64,000 nt of DNA from a virus (lineage: Duplodnaviria; Caudoviricetes). The notes beneath the pieces were generated by a model. That model did not search any database. It was not told where the DNA came from and worked only from the letters and a program-made list of their open reading frames with translations. Location of the stretch: positions 26,968 to 90,967 of IMG/VR virus record IMGVR_UViG_3300025708_000007. One strand, given 5' to 3'. A program made the position numbers and the translations under genes. Numbering within the stretch: the stretch's first letter is position 1; every line of letters begins with the position of its first letter. This document shows positions 1-9,212 of this stretch, in pieces.

Positions 1-539
1 TCTTCACCAGCAGCAGGTTCAGCATCTAAACCAGCAGCCATTTCAGCATCACCTGCAGCATCAGCAGCAGCCATTGCATCGCCACTTGCATCTGCAGCAG
101 CAGCGTCTGCGGTAGCAGCGTCTAAATCAGCTACTTTACTTGCAGCTTGGTCAATTTCTTGCCCAGCAACATCTTCTTTTAAAAGCTTGCTACCATTTTT
201 GTTTAACTTGCTGCCAACACTTTCATTGATGGTTGCAAATAACATATTTCTATTCTTATCAGCTTCTGCCAACGATTTGTATTGGAATTCAGTGATGTTT
301 GCCAACCCACCGATATATGCAAAATCAGCAACATTTGGGTCTTGTTTTAAACCAGCCTTTTTGACATAGTAGTGATGGTTTTCTTTGATAATGCCATAAG
401 CAACACCGTCTGCTGCTCTTTTATAATCAATTAAAGTACCCAAATTACGTGTTTTTGATTCTTTTACAGAAACTTTGTTTACTTCTGCTAAGTTTTTTAG
501 CCTTTCGAAATAAGCTTCTTTTGAACTATGATTCTTCAT
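1..539 (-). CDS. Hypothetical protein with acidic Ala/Asp-rich region, truncated by the window edge; possible virion or scaffold protein
   Basis: ATG at 539, MKNHSSKEAYFERLKNLAE..., open to window start; GTATTTAT motif upstream. Confidence 0.7.
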   Translation of the reverse strand, partial: MKNHSSKEAYFERLKNLAEVNKVSVKESKTRNLGTLIDYKRAADGVAYGIIKENHHYYVKKAGLKQDPNVADFAYIGGLANITEFQYKSLAEADKNRNMLFATINESVGSKLNKNGSKLLKEDVAGQEIDQAASKVADLDAATADAAAADASGDAMAAADAAGDAEMAAGLDAEPAAGE

Positions 540-617
540 TTTTATATTTTTATAATAGCTATTATGTACTTTACATTTTTTTATAAATACTTAATTAAGA
601 ACAAAAAAATACTAAAC

Positions 618-863
618 TCATATTATTTCATAGTTTTCGTTTATGATTTTGTGCTTAACAAGCATTTCATATACCCTTGGGGTTATTAATTTTTTTCTCT
701 TGTAATTTTCAATGACAGACTGGTTAGCTTTCTTATGTGAAATGCTTTCGTTCAAAAATTTTGCATTTTTATGCAAATTTTCAACAATCTCATAAAAAAC
801 CTTTTCGGCTTTCTTCTTTTCAACAAACTCGGCTAATTGCTCTTTTGTGACTATAATTTTCAT
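618..863 (-). CDS. Hypothetical protein
   Basis: 81-aa ORF co-oriented with its neighbours. Confidence 0.6.
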   Translation of the reverse strand: MKIIVTKEQLAEFVEKKKAEKVFYEIVENLHKNAKFLNESISHKKANQSVIENYKRKKLITPRVYEMLVKHKIINENYEII

Positions 864-1690
864 AATTCGTTGTCAATAAATTCCTTTAAACTTAATTCTT
901 GTGTTAAGTATTCGTTTTTAAGTTCAATCATCTTGCCAAGATATCCGGTATTTCTTAAAACTTTAAAAACGAGATTTTCAACTGAGTATTCACCCGCTCT
1001 ATCAAGTCCGGTCTGTCTATATTTTTTTACCTTATCCTTAATTTTTTCATATTTTTTCAAAAAATCTTCGCTATTAGCATGCTTTTCCAAATCATCAATT
1101 GCATTCATATAATCGGCAGATTTTAATTGAACATCTGCAGTATCAATATTTACAATCTTCTTTGTTGGCTTATTAATCCATTCATTTCTATATAGCGAAT
1201 ATGTGCCCGATGCATGATGTGGTTCAGCACTGTCTTGAAAATACATTTCAACGTCATGTCCTTTCACTTGAATTGGAAGGGTATCATTCCACAATGTTTT
1301 TTTTAATTTAAAAAAGTCACCGACAAAATCTTTATTTTCTGAAACCTGTCCAAAATCCAAAACAATATGAACATCCAAATCCGAATTTTCATTATAATTG
1401 AAATTTGCCATACTGCCAGTTAGCATAATGTCATTGAATTTAAGATTTTCAACATCACTAAACTCAATGAATCTTTTAGCATTCATCAGCAATGCTTTTC
1501 TAACTTCAGGTTTCATTTTCTCGCTCTCATCCCAAATAAGCGGAGATAATGTATCGTGCATTTGAAGTGATGAAACATCAACGCTATCTGGTTCAATAAC
1601 TTCTTTCAATACGTCAGAAACGTTCTTTTTTGACCAGAATTTACATGACCAGCATCTTGGATTTTTCTTATTCTCAGCTTCGTTATGCAT
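860..1690 (-). CDS. Pol-beta superfamily nucleotidyltransferase
   Basis: GS-x(n)-DLDVH motif (LTGSMANFNYNENSDLDVHI) and downstream DVEMY acidic strand. Confidence 0.75.
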   Translation of the reverse strand: MHNEAENKKNPRCWSCKFWSKKNVSDVLKEVIEPDSVDVSSLQMHDTLSPLIWDESEKMKPEVRKALLMNAKRFIEFSDVENLKFNDIMLTGSMANFNYNENSDLDVHIVLDFGQVSENKDFVGDFFKLKKTLWNDTLPIQVKGHDVEMYFQDSAEPHHASGTYSLYRNEWINKPTKKIVNIDTADVQLKSADYMNAIDDLEKHANSEDFLKKYEKIKDKVKKYRQTGLDRAGEYSVENLVFKVLRNTGYLGKMIELKNEYLTQELSLKEFIDNEL

Positions 1691-1692
1691 GA

Positions 1693-1992
1693 TTATTTTT
1701 TCTTGGTAAATACTTTTAATAATTCTTCAGCTACCATTTGAACATCTTGTTGAACGTTCTGTCCTCTCGGCTTTCTTTCAACAAACAGTCTATATAGTGT
1801 ATCAATCACTTCGTAATCGTATTCTCTCATTAATTCATCAATAACGGCTTTAAGTTTTTCAGCCTTTAATTGATATTCTCTATCATACTCGTCTTCGCTA
1901 CGATTTAAAACACCTTCATTTACTTTGAAATCAGAGTTTAATTTAACCATGTTTTCAAATAATAGCTTTTTTATATCCTTTTGCTTTTTCAT
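1693..1992 (-). CDS. Hypothetical protein with shared LFE-x-M-x-x-L N-terminal leader
   Basis: KKLLFENMVKLNSDFKVNE. Confidence 0.65.
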   Translation of the reverse strand: MKKQKDIKKLLFENMVKLNSDFKVNEGVLNRSEDEYDREYQLKAEKLKAVIDELMREYDYEVIDTLYRLFVERKPRGQNVQQDVQMVAEELLKVFTKKK

Positions 1993-2008
1993 ATAAGATA
2001 AATACTTA

Positions 2009-3133
2009 TTAATGATACAATAAAAAGGTTCTTTTTACATCTTTTCTTTGTGCTGCAATATCACCCTGTCCTTTTGGCAATACAATAACATCAAAAACAC
2101 CTTGAGAACCTTCAGGTATTTTTATTAAGTCATCATACATTATTAAAGTATTGATGTCTGCATTATACTTATCAGCAATTCTTTGCTTTAATGTAGCAAT
2201 GCTGTTTTCGTCTTTTGGTATTAATTTGCCTTTATCGTCCACAGCAAAATGCGGACCTTTTCTAATAAACAAATCATTAAAAATATCTGAGGACACTATT
2301 TCAGATGTTTTTGCTTGCGTTAAATCAACCTTCCCTTTTTCTTTTTCGGTAGCATCGACAGAAAAATTCAAGGTCACATCAGGGTCATTCAAGTTATAAA
2401 CATCACCCATTTTCGTATGCGCATATGAGCCAAAATTATATCCTTTGCTTTTTAATTCACGTGTTATATCTGCAGCAATTTGAAAATATTTTTTTGAGAA
2501 AAAATCACCAGCATCATTCCATCTGAAAAGTAATTTTTTACCTTTATTTTTCAATGCCACTATTTCAATTTCACGCCTCAATATTTCTTTAAATTCATCT
2601 GGTTTATTTAACAACAGGTTTAAAATTCTTGTTTGCTTTACAAATATTGATGGTATTAAAACATATCTTCCACGTCTTGCATAGCACACTCTCTGGCAAG
2701 AACCTGCACCGGGACAAGTGTTTATAATATAAAATTCTTTATTATCCATATCATATACTAACCCACGCAATGCAGGTATGCCGATATTAAATGTTATTGA
2801 ATTATCAGTACCAGATTTTCCCATTTTTTCGTTTTGACTGATAATATTTGGGGGGTATGCTGTTATGTTATCAATAAAAGCCTGTACATCAATTTCTCCT
2901 TTTTCATCAAACGGAATTGCTTTATTGTGTACAAGTAACGATGATTTAGTTCTTTTATCTGAAGGCAATTCCTGATTAGACAATACTTTATTGAGATATT
3001 CTTTCAATGCCTCAACATTCATACATTCTTTTGAAACATCACTGAATTCACCTTCCCAATCAATTTCGTTCAATGACATCCCGCCAACACTTTCCATTAA
3101 TTGAAAAAGTCGTTTCTTATTATCCTTATCCAT
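2009..3133 (-). CDS. GP88-like Cys-cluster (radical-SAM-like) phage protein
   Basis: TCPGAGSCQRVCYA and FRWNDAGDF motifs. Confidence 0.6.
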   Translation of the reverse strand: MDKDNKKRLFQLMESVGGMSLNEIDWEGEFSDVSKECMNVEALKEYLNKVLSNQELPSDKRTKSSLLVHNKAIPFDEKGEIDVQAFIDNITAYPPNIISQNEKMGKSGTDNSITFNIGIPALRGLVYDMDNKEFYIINTCPGAGSCQRVCYARRGRYVLIPSIFVKQTRILNLLLNKPDEFKEILRREIEIVALKNKGKKLLFRWNDAGDFFSKKYFQIAADITRELKSKGYNFGSYAHTKMGDVYNLNDPDVTLNFSVDATEKEKGKVDLTQAKTSEIVSSDIFNDLFIRKGPHFAVDDKGKLIPKDENSIATLKQRIADKYNADINTLIMYDDLIKIPEGSQGVFDVIVLPKGQGDIAAQRKDVKRTFLLYH

Positions 3134-3205
3134 TGAAAATCATTTTTTATAAATACTCATTTCTATTTAAATAGCATTAGTATTTATATTAAATTCCAGT
3201 ACGAA

Positions 3206-5053
3206 ATGAATTTAGAATGCTTAAACGACATAATTACCGACAATTTGGCAATACACATTGATTTAACTAACATTAAATCATGGATTGATTGGAATACGGG
3301 TTTAACTGCATTTAGCTTAACCAAATGGGCAGGTGCAATTTCAGACAATATTAATCTTATTGATTTCGGTTTAACTGGTTTCGATAACGGAAGAACCGAT
3401 ATTATATGGAGCGGATTTACATTAACACCCAACGACACATTATTTTCAATGCACAGGGTTGGTTATAATGAAGTACAAAACCCAACAACCGGACAAACAA
3501 GTGGTATTACGGTAACAACGGAATATCTTCCAATGAGCGCAACTTCAGTAACTGGTGGTACTTCAAATTATTTTGATTTGGCAGGTGGTTATTTGCAAGG
3601 ATTCTTTAAATTGAATGGATTTAATTATCAATTGTTTCCGGCACGCTATAATACGGGTATTACGATTGAAACACTATTATATCTATATCCAGATTCAGAA
3701 GGTATTTTCTTAATGATGGGTGCTCGTGCAGAAGACAAATATAATCCATATTTTTCTGGCGAAACAATGACAGGTATAACAACAACTGGCGTAACAACAA
3801 GTTTTGATAATTACTTGGATGCAATTCAGGAAAATCAAACAATAAAGAGTGGATTTGGTGTTTTTGAGGAAAGAATGGAAGTTACATATTCACAACCCAA
3901 TCCGCTCGATAACATAAAAAATAATGTAATTGCTTTCGAATTAACTGAAGACAAGCATTTGGCTTACAAATATATCAATAAAGACGGCTTAATTGTAACA
4001 AACGCTTCGGGTGCAATAATTGAAAGAACTGGTTTTACATGGATTACAATAACATTCACACCTGATTCAATAATCGAAGACCCGGATTTGCTTGAATGCG
4101 CAAAACAAAGAACTGGCAAATTAAAATTCTTCGTTAACGGACGCAGTGTTTGGACAATTAACGAATTCCCCGAATTTTATTTTAAAGCACTTATTAATGA
4201 CAAAGAAAAACAAATAGGTGTCCCATATTCAATTAGCTGGGGCGGTGGTTCATTTGGCTTAAAACATTCATGGCATTATGATTATCAAACATACGAATTA
4301 TATACGGGACAAGACACAGCATACATTGAAAATAATTTCTTTGTTGAAGCAAATCCAATTCCGGCAGAATGTTATATTCCCCCAACAGGAAGCACATATT
4401 TAAGTGGTTTATCGTTAAGTGCTGACAGTCAAACATTTTATGGCGTTGATGAATGTAATCCAATGGTAATGATTCCAATGACAGTAATGCGCATTGAATT
4501 TACTGGTACAACGGGAAATTCATATTATATCAAATATAATCATCCTGTTTCAGTTTTATCAAACAGGGATTGTGTAGTTGAATTGTCGGTATTTGATGCT
4601 GGTTTCTTCAGAATCGGTGCAACCAAAAAAATATCAATATTGCCATACGGTAATGTTGACGTTAATATTATCAGCGAAACAGTATTTGATTCTGGTTTTG
4701 GTATGTGGAAACCATTGAAATGTGTATTCAGAATAAATGATAATACTGGTCAGCAATTCATCAACATTGGAATATTAATCGAATCCAGTGATACTTTTAA
4801 TGCCGATGTACCGTTATTTGTAACCGGGTTTGGTTATACTGCAGCAGACATATTAGTACAAGACCCAAGAAAAAACAACCTAACAATAGAGCAAAATTTT
4901 GATTCAGCATTTATCGGTGGAATCCAAAAATTGAGGATTTACGATAATGCGTTAACATCATCTGAAGTATTACATAATATATATTGGGAAACGAAAAACA
5001 ACCCATATCAAAATATTGTTGTAAGTAAGGGTGGTAGAATTATCTATCGTTAG
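3206..5053 (+). CDS. Putative virion structural protein with C-terminal LamG/ConA-like domain
   Basis: Thr/Gly-rich 615-aa ORF ending FIGGIQKLRIYDNALTSSEV. Confidence 0.6.
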   Translation: MNLECLNDIITDNLAIHIDLTNIKSWIDWNTGLTAFSLTKWAGAISDNINLIDFGLTGFDNGRTDIIWSGFTLTPNDTLFSMHRVGYNEVQNPTTGQTSGITVTTEYLPMSATSVTGGTSNYFDLAGGYLQGFFKLNGFNYQLFPARYNTGITIETLLYLYPDSEGIFLMMGARAEDKYNPYFSGETMTGITTTGVTTSFDNYLDAIQENQTIKSGFGVFEERMEVTYSQPNPLDNIKNNVIAFELTEDKHLAYKYINKDGLIVTNASGAIIERTGFTWITITFTPDSIIEDPDLLECAKQRTGKLKFFVNGRSVWTINEFPEFYFKALINDKEKQIGVPYSISWGGGSFGLKHSWHYDYQTYELYTGQDTAYIENNFFVEANPIPAECYIPPTGSTYLSGLSLSADSQTFYGVDECNPMVMIPMTVMRIEFTGTTGNSYYIKYNHPVSVLSNRDCVVELSVFDAGFFRIGATKKISILPYGNVDVNIISETVFDSGFGMWKPLKCVFRINDNTGQQFINIGILIESSDTFNADVPLFVTGFGYTAADILVQDPRKNNLTIEQNFDSAFIGGIQKLRIYDNALTSSEVLHNIYWETKNNPYQNIVVSKGGRIIYR

Positions 5054-5057
5054 AAGT

Positions 5058-5270
5058 ATGAGCGCATTAGAAAGATTGACAGAAATTTATCAGGGTTGGA
5101 AGAATTTTGCTTTTCCAAATCCCGAAACTGAAGAAATGGCAAAAAAAAGAATCACAATCTGTGTTGATTGTGATAAACTAAAAAGGAATAATACATGCGC
5201 ACTCTGTGGCTGTTATATGCCAGCAAAGGTAAGAAGTCCAAAATCACATTGCAGATTAAAAAAATGGTAG
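5058..5270 (+). CDS. Small Cys-rich zinc-binding protein
   Basis: CVDC...CALCGC...AK...C..KKW pattern. Confidence 0.65.
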   Translation: MSALERLTEIYQGWKNFAFPNPETEEMAKKRITICVDCDKLKRNNTCALCGCYMPAKVRSPKSHCRLKKW

Positions 5271-5687
5271 TTATACCTTATTGGTTGTAATTAAGTAAGT
5301 ATTTTCCAAAGCCTTGCCATGAAATTCATTATCTTCTAAGCAAATTTTAGTATATGCTTCAAGAAGTACTGTCTTATCCCCAATTTCAAGCTCAAGACCA
5401 CCATTAATACATGTTATACAACCAATATAATCTCTCTTTCTGTGTTCAAGAATTGCACCTTTTGGGATAAAAAAGAATACTACCTTTTCATCTGGTTTGT
5501 TTACGTTAATTATTCTTTTATATCTTATTTTAGTGTTGTCATCACAACTATCCCAATCGGTGAAAAAACGAATAATAAAGCCATCCTCAATTTCATGAAC
5601 TGCCGGAAATCTATCTAACATTTCATTTCTTAATTTAAGAATCTGCTTATTGATTTTGTCTAATATTTGTTTTTTTTCGTCTGTCAT
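5271..5687 (-). CDS. Hypothetical protein
   Basis: ORF; probable start MTDEKKQ. Confidence 0.6.
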   Translation of the reverse strand: MTDEKKQILDKINKQILKLRNEMLDRFPAVHEIEDGFIIRFFTDWDSCDDNTKIRYKRIINVNKPDEKVVFFFIPKGAILEHRKRDYIGCITCINGGLELEIGDKTVLLEAYTKICLEDNEFHGKALENTYLITTNKV

Positions 5688-5688
5688 T

Positions 5689-6333
5689 TTAACAATAAGG
5701 TGATTTTGACATATTATTATAACGACTACTATTGTCTTCAATAGATAGCGTTCTGTTTTCAATAAAACCTTCAGTATATTCTCTAATAAACAGTGTTTGA
5801 ATGTTACGTGGGGCATGTTTAAATGCAAGGAAATCTATTTCATCACCATCGGGACTCCACATGGTCACTTGAATATCATCCCAATTTAAGTGTGTGAAAT
5901 ACGCCTCACCTTCAGCTTCTCTATCAGTATCAGGTGTACCACCAAGTCTTGCAGGTGTATAATAACCACCCTTTCCAATTGAAATTTTGTCTGAATCAAA
6001 AATCAATGTAAATTTTACAGGTGCTTGTGTTTCATCATGTTTATATTCAATTTCAAGACCATAAAATAATGTTAAGTACGATGCGTCACCAAAATCATTT
6101 TCCCAATCACCATCAATTGTTGCATCCGTTACATTAATTTTTATTTTTCTATTTCTTTCAGTTTTTCTATAATCATTGATACTGAGTAATGAATCACAAA
6201 TAAATTGCTTTTGAAAATCTTCACTCGACAACAATCTCAAATCGTTTTCTTCTTGAAGACGTTTTTCACTACCTAAAAAATCAAAATTGGAAATCTCTTC
6301 GTTGATTATTTTTATAAATTCTTTCTTTTTCAC
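5689..6333 (-). CDS. Hypothetical protein with IINEEI N-terminal leader
   Basis: 214-aa ORF. Confidence 0.7.
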   Translation of the reverse strand: MKKKEFIKIINEEISNFDFLGSEKRLQEENDLRLLSSEDFQKQFICDSLLSINDYRKTERNRKIKINVTDATIDGDWENDFGDASYLTLFYGLEIEYKHDETQAPVKFTLIFDSDKISIGKGGYYTPARLGGTPDTDREAEGEAYFTHLNWDDIQVTMWSPDGDEIDFLAFKHAPRNIQTLFIREYTEGFIENRTLSIEDNSSRYNNMSKSPYC

Positions 6334-6534
6334 AAAGCAAAATTTATTATAAATACTTATTACTTTATATAAATGCAGAAAAATTTGTGCTATCCAAGTA
6401 TTTATGAAATGAAAGGGTCATTGCTTAATAGTGATATTAAGTTAGGTCAGATAAAGTTAGATGTGACTTTTAAAATTTTATCGCCTGATAGGGGTTATGT
6501 AAAATTTTAGACTTGACTTTTCAAAAGAAAGATT

Positions 6535-6574
6535 AAACGCACCTTGTTATCATATATAAGGTGCGTTTTTTTTC
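6535..6574 (+). terminator. Intrinsic terminator
   Basis: AAACGCACCTT / AAGGTGCGTTT hairpin followed by a T run. Confidence 0.7.
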
Positions 6575-6611
6575 ACAAAAAAATATTTTTTTGAAAAATT
6601 TTTCGAAAAAG

Positions 6612-6642
6612 TTTGTATTTATGATTTTAAGTGCTATATTTG
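6612..6642 (+). promoter_or_regulatory. Bacteroidota sigma-A type promoter of tRNA operon A
   Basis: TTTG (6612-15), 19 nt, TATATTTG (6635-42). Confidence 0.8.
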
Positions 6643-6675
6643 CACTATCATTTTTTAAGATTTATTGCTATAGTT

Positions 6676-6750
6676 ATGGAGAATTTTGTACATATTCAAC
6701 CCCAGCCACAACAGCATCCACAAGATGGTGAATGGGGAACATGTGCTTAA
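6676..6750 (+). CDS. Leader peptide A, MENFVHIQPQPQQHPQDGEWGTCA (putative attenuator)
   Basis: 10 of 11 consecutive codons are His/Gln/Pro; precedes the Pro/His/Gln tRNA cluster. Confidence 0.8.
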   Translation: MENFVHIQPQPQQHPQDGEWGTCA

Positions 6751-6785
6751 TTTTTCGAAGATGAAGTTTTGAGTTAAACATTGTG

Positions 6786-6816
6786 AACCCCATTCTGAAA
6801 AGAGTGGGGTTTTTTT
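6786..6816 (+). terminator. Attenuator terminator A
   Basis: AACCCCATTC / GAGTGGGGTT plus T run; 5' arm also complementary to GAATGGGG (6730-37). Confidence 0.85.
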
Positions 6817-6829
6817 GTTCTTTGAAATT

Positions 6830-6904
6830 CTGGGTGTTCCGCAGATGGCTATACGGGCGTGCCTTGGAAGCACGTGTTCGCTGGTTCGAATCCAGCTACC
6901 CAGA
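6830..6904 (+). tRNA. tRNA-Pro(TGG)
   Basis: Cloverleaf; CGTGC CT TGG AA GCACG. Confidence 0.9.
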
Positions 6905-6910
6905 CAACAC

Positions 6911-6984
6911 GGTGAGCGTAGTTCAGTTGGCAGAACACCAGATTGTGGTTCTGGTTGTCGCTGGTTCGAATCCAGTCGTTCACC
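6911..6984 (+). tRNA. tRNA-His(GTG)
   Basis: G-1:C73 pair; CCAGA TT GTG GT TCTGG. Confidence 0.9.
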
Positions 6985-7156
6985 CAAAAATATCGATGAT
7001 TTTATCTATATTTTCAAAATATCGATGAATTTATCGATAAAATGAAAATATCGCTTAATTACACGATAATTGTATTTATCACGTAAACAAGTGATAAATA
7101 AGTTCTTTGAATTAATGAAAAAATGGGATTTGAAAAATTTTCAAGTATTTATTTAC

Positions 7157-7564
7157 ATGAAATATCCTAAGATAATAAAACGTTGTCCTATTTGTGATAA
7201 AGAATTTGAAACAAAATCGGGACACCCCAAAGAAAAAACAGTTTGTTCACATTCTTGTGCAAACACATATTTTCGGTCTGGAACTTCAAATCCTAATTAC
7301 AAAAATGATGATGAATTAACTGGTGTTGCGAAATACATTAGAATTTGTTTTCGATATCATCCTAAAAAATGCGTCTGCTGCAATGAAACAAATATTGTGG
7401 AAGTGCATCATTATGATAATAATAAAGAAAATAATTCACCCGAAAACTTAATACCTTTATGTCCAACACATCATCAATATTGGCACAGTAGATTTAGACA
7501 TTTGATTAAAACAAAGATTGATAAATATATTGTGGAATTTAAAAAAAATTTTATCGGGGTGTAG
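7157..7564 (+). CDS. HNH endonuclease
   Basis: CVCC...VEVHHYD...NSPENLIPLCPTHH; stop codon lies inside the next tRNA. Confidence 0.8.
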   Translation: MKYPKIIKRCPICDKEFETKSGHPKEKTVCSHSCANTYFRSGTSNPNYKNDDELTGVAKYIRICFRYHPKKCVCCNETNIVEVHHYDNNKENNSPENLIPLCPTHHQYWHSRFRHLIKTKIDKYIVEFKKNFIGV

Positions 7565-7627
7565 CGCAGTTGGTAGCGTACCTGCTTTGGGAGCAGGGGG
7601 TCGTCAGTTCGAGCCTGACTACCCCGA
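7555..7627 (+). tRNA. tRNA-Pro(TGG)
   Basis: CCTGC TT TGG GA GCAGG. Confidence 0.9.
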
Positions 7628-7629
7628 CT

Positions 7630-7704
7630 GTGTTAGATGAAGATATTGGTTCTCTTCGCCTGATTGTGACTCAGGCTTCTGCGGGTTCGATTCCCGTCTA
7701 ACAC
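7630..7704 (+). tRNA. tRNA-His(GTG)
   Basis: CCTGA TT GTG AC TCAGG; G-1:C73. Confidence 0.85.
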
Positions 7705-7712
7705 CTAATTAT

Positions 7713-7785
7713 TGTCTCGTGGTGTAACGGCTAACATGGCTGACTCTGACTCAGGAGATTGCAGGTTCGAATCCTGCCGAGACAA
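7713..7785 (+). tRNA. tRNA-Gln(CTG)
   Basis: CTGA CT CTG AC TCAG; T1:A72. Confidence 0.9.
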
Positions 7786-7789
7786 CAGT

Positions 7790-7883
7790 GGTGACAGATA
7801 TAAAAAACTGCACGAGAAACAGACACGAGTGGGTTAAGAGTTGTTTTAATACCCGCAATGGTTGCCAGTACCTAATGTCACCC
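7790..7883 (+). ncRNA. Unassigned 94-nt structured RNA, copy 1
   Basis: Near-identical copy at 12760-12853 with compensatory changes. Confidence 0.75.
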
Positions 7884-7887
7884 AAAT

Positions 7888-7970
7888 TGACCTCTGGCAG
7901 AATGGTTATTGCATCGGTCTTTGAAGCCGACACCCTTTGTGGTTTACAGGTTCGAGTCCTGTGGGGTCAA
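7888..7970 (+). tRNA. tRNA-Gln(TTG) with long variable arm
   Basis: TCGGT CT TTG AA GCCGA; ~14-nt variable region. Confidence 0.8.
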
Positions 7971-8043
7971 CAAAATATATTTTTTTGCATATATTTTAAT
8001 ATGTTTGCATAAAATTATATTTATTTACATATATTTGCATAAT

Positions 8044-8198
8044 TATTGTTACGTGACGAAGCGATTCGTAATTAAGCCTTTGACTGTAAACCTTCACAGG
8101 GGTTCGGTTGCTTTCAGGATATAGTTCACTGGTTATGTGGAAAGTAACACTGTGTTAAGTGATAACTTAATGAAAGTAAAGACAGTCCCGTAACAATA
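8044..8198 (+). ncRNA. Unassigned ~155-nt multi-branched RNA
   Basis: TATTGTTACG / CGTAACAATA closing stem with internal hairpins. Confidence 0.5.
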
Positions 8199-8201
8199 CA
8201 T

Positions 8202-8275
8202 TGACCCGTAGTGTAATTGGTTAACACGTCTCACTTTGACTGAGAAGACTACAGGTTCGAGTCCTGTCGGGTCAA
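8202..8275 (+). tRNA. tRNA-Gln(TTG)
   Basis: CTCA CT TTG AC TGAG. Confidence 0.9.
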
Positions 8276-8745
8276 CTTTTTTTACGACAATGCGTTGGTA
8301 ATGTTGCGTTACAGTTAGGACATAAAATTCTTAGATTTTCAATTCTATGGTCTGAATTATCACCATTAATATGGTCGAGAATTAAACTTATATGTTCACC
8401 GTTCCAATTTTCATTCTGACCACATTTTTCACAAATACGTTTTTTTAATCCTTCTTCATATAATCTATTCTTAATATTACCCAAATTTGTATAGGTTGAG
8501 CCAGACACTAAAATTTCGATTGTTGAAATTTTGCGAGAATTATTTAATTTGGTGTTTGTTCTCATATACCGTTCTACTTTTGATTCGAAATGTGAAATAT
8601 CAATATCATATAATTTAATATATTTCTTTAGTGTAGGTCTCGAATTTCCTTTAATTCCCAATCCCAATTTTTGAAGTATTTCGGTATAATTTTTCGAGTT
8701 TTTTACAATAGGTTCAAAATTTTCTCGCAAATATTTTGTTTTCAT
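8272..8745 (-). CDS. HNH endonuclease (paralog of 45572-46246)
   Basis: CEKCG...LILDHINGDNSDHRIENLRILCPNC. Confidence 0.85.
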   Translation of the reverse strand: MKTKYLRENFEPIVKNSKNYTEILQKLGLGIKGNSRPTLKKYIKLYDIDISHFESKVERYMRTNTKLNNSRKISTIEILVSGSTYTNLGNIKNRLYEEGLKKRICEKCGQNENWNGEHISLILDHINGDNSDHRIENLRILCPNCNATLPTHCRKKS

Positions 8746-8810
8746 ATTTTATTTTTTTAACTTCGTGGTTTATTTTAAAATAAATAGTTAAAAATAAAAA
8801 AACAACAACG

Positions 8811-9212
8811 ATGAGTTACAATTTATTTCTTGACGACTTCCGCATGCCAAAAGATGCTTTTGACTACATGCATTTACCAGTCTATATTCAAAAAGAATGG
8901 ATTGTGGTTCGTAATTACCATGCATTTATTTCATTAATTGAAGGAAAAGGAATTCCCGAAATTATATCTTTTGACCATGACCTTGCAGATGAACATTATG
9001 ATTATCAGGAACATCTTGATGGTGATTATTATGATATAATGACTGAAAAAACAGGATACCATTGCGCAAAATGGCTCATTGATTATTGTATTGATAACAA
9101 TAAAGAACTTCCTGCAACGATTCTTATTCATTCGATGAATCCTGCTGGAAGTCTTAATATTAAATCTCTTTTCGATACCTATTATAAGTATCACGAAAAG
9201 GGTTTATTGTAA
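8811..9212 (+). CDS. Cyclic-phosphate processing receiver-domain protein
   Basis: LFLDDFR.P, ISFDHDL, KTGYHCAKWL, HSMNPAG motifs. Confidence 0.7.
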   Translation: MSYNLFLDDFRMPKDAFDYMHLPVYIQKEWIVVRNYHAFISLIEGKGIPEIISFDHDLADEHYDYQEHLDGDYYDIMTEKTGYHCAKWLIDYCIDNNKELPATILIHSMNPAGSLNIKSLFDTYYKYHEKGLL

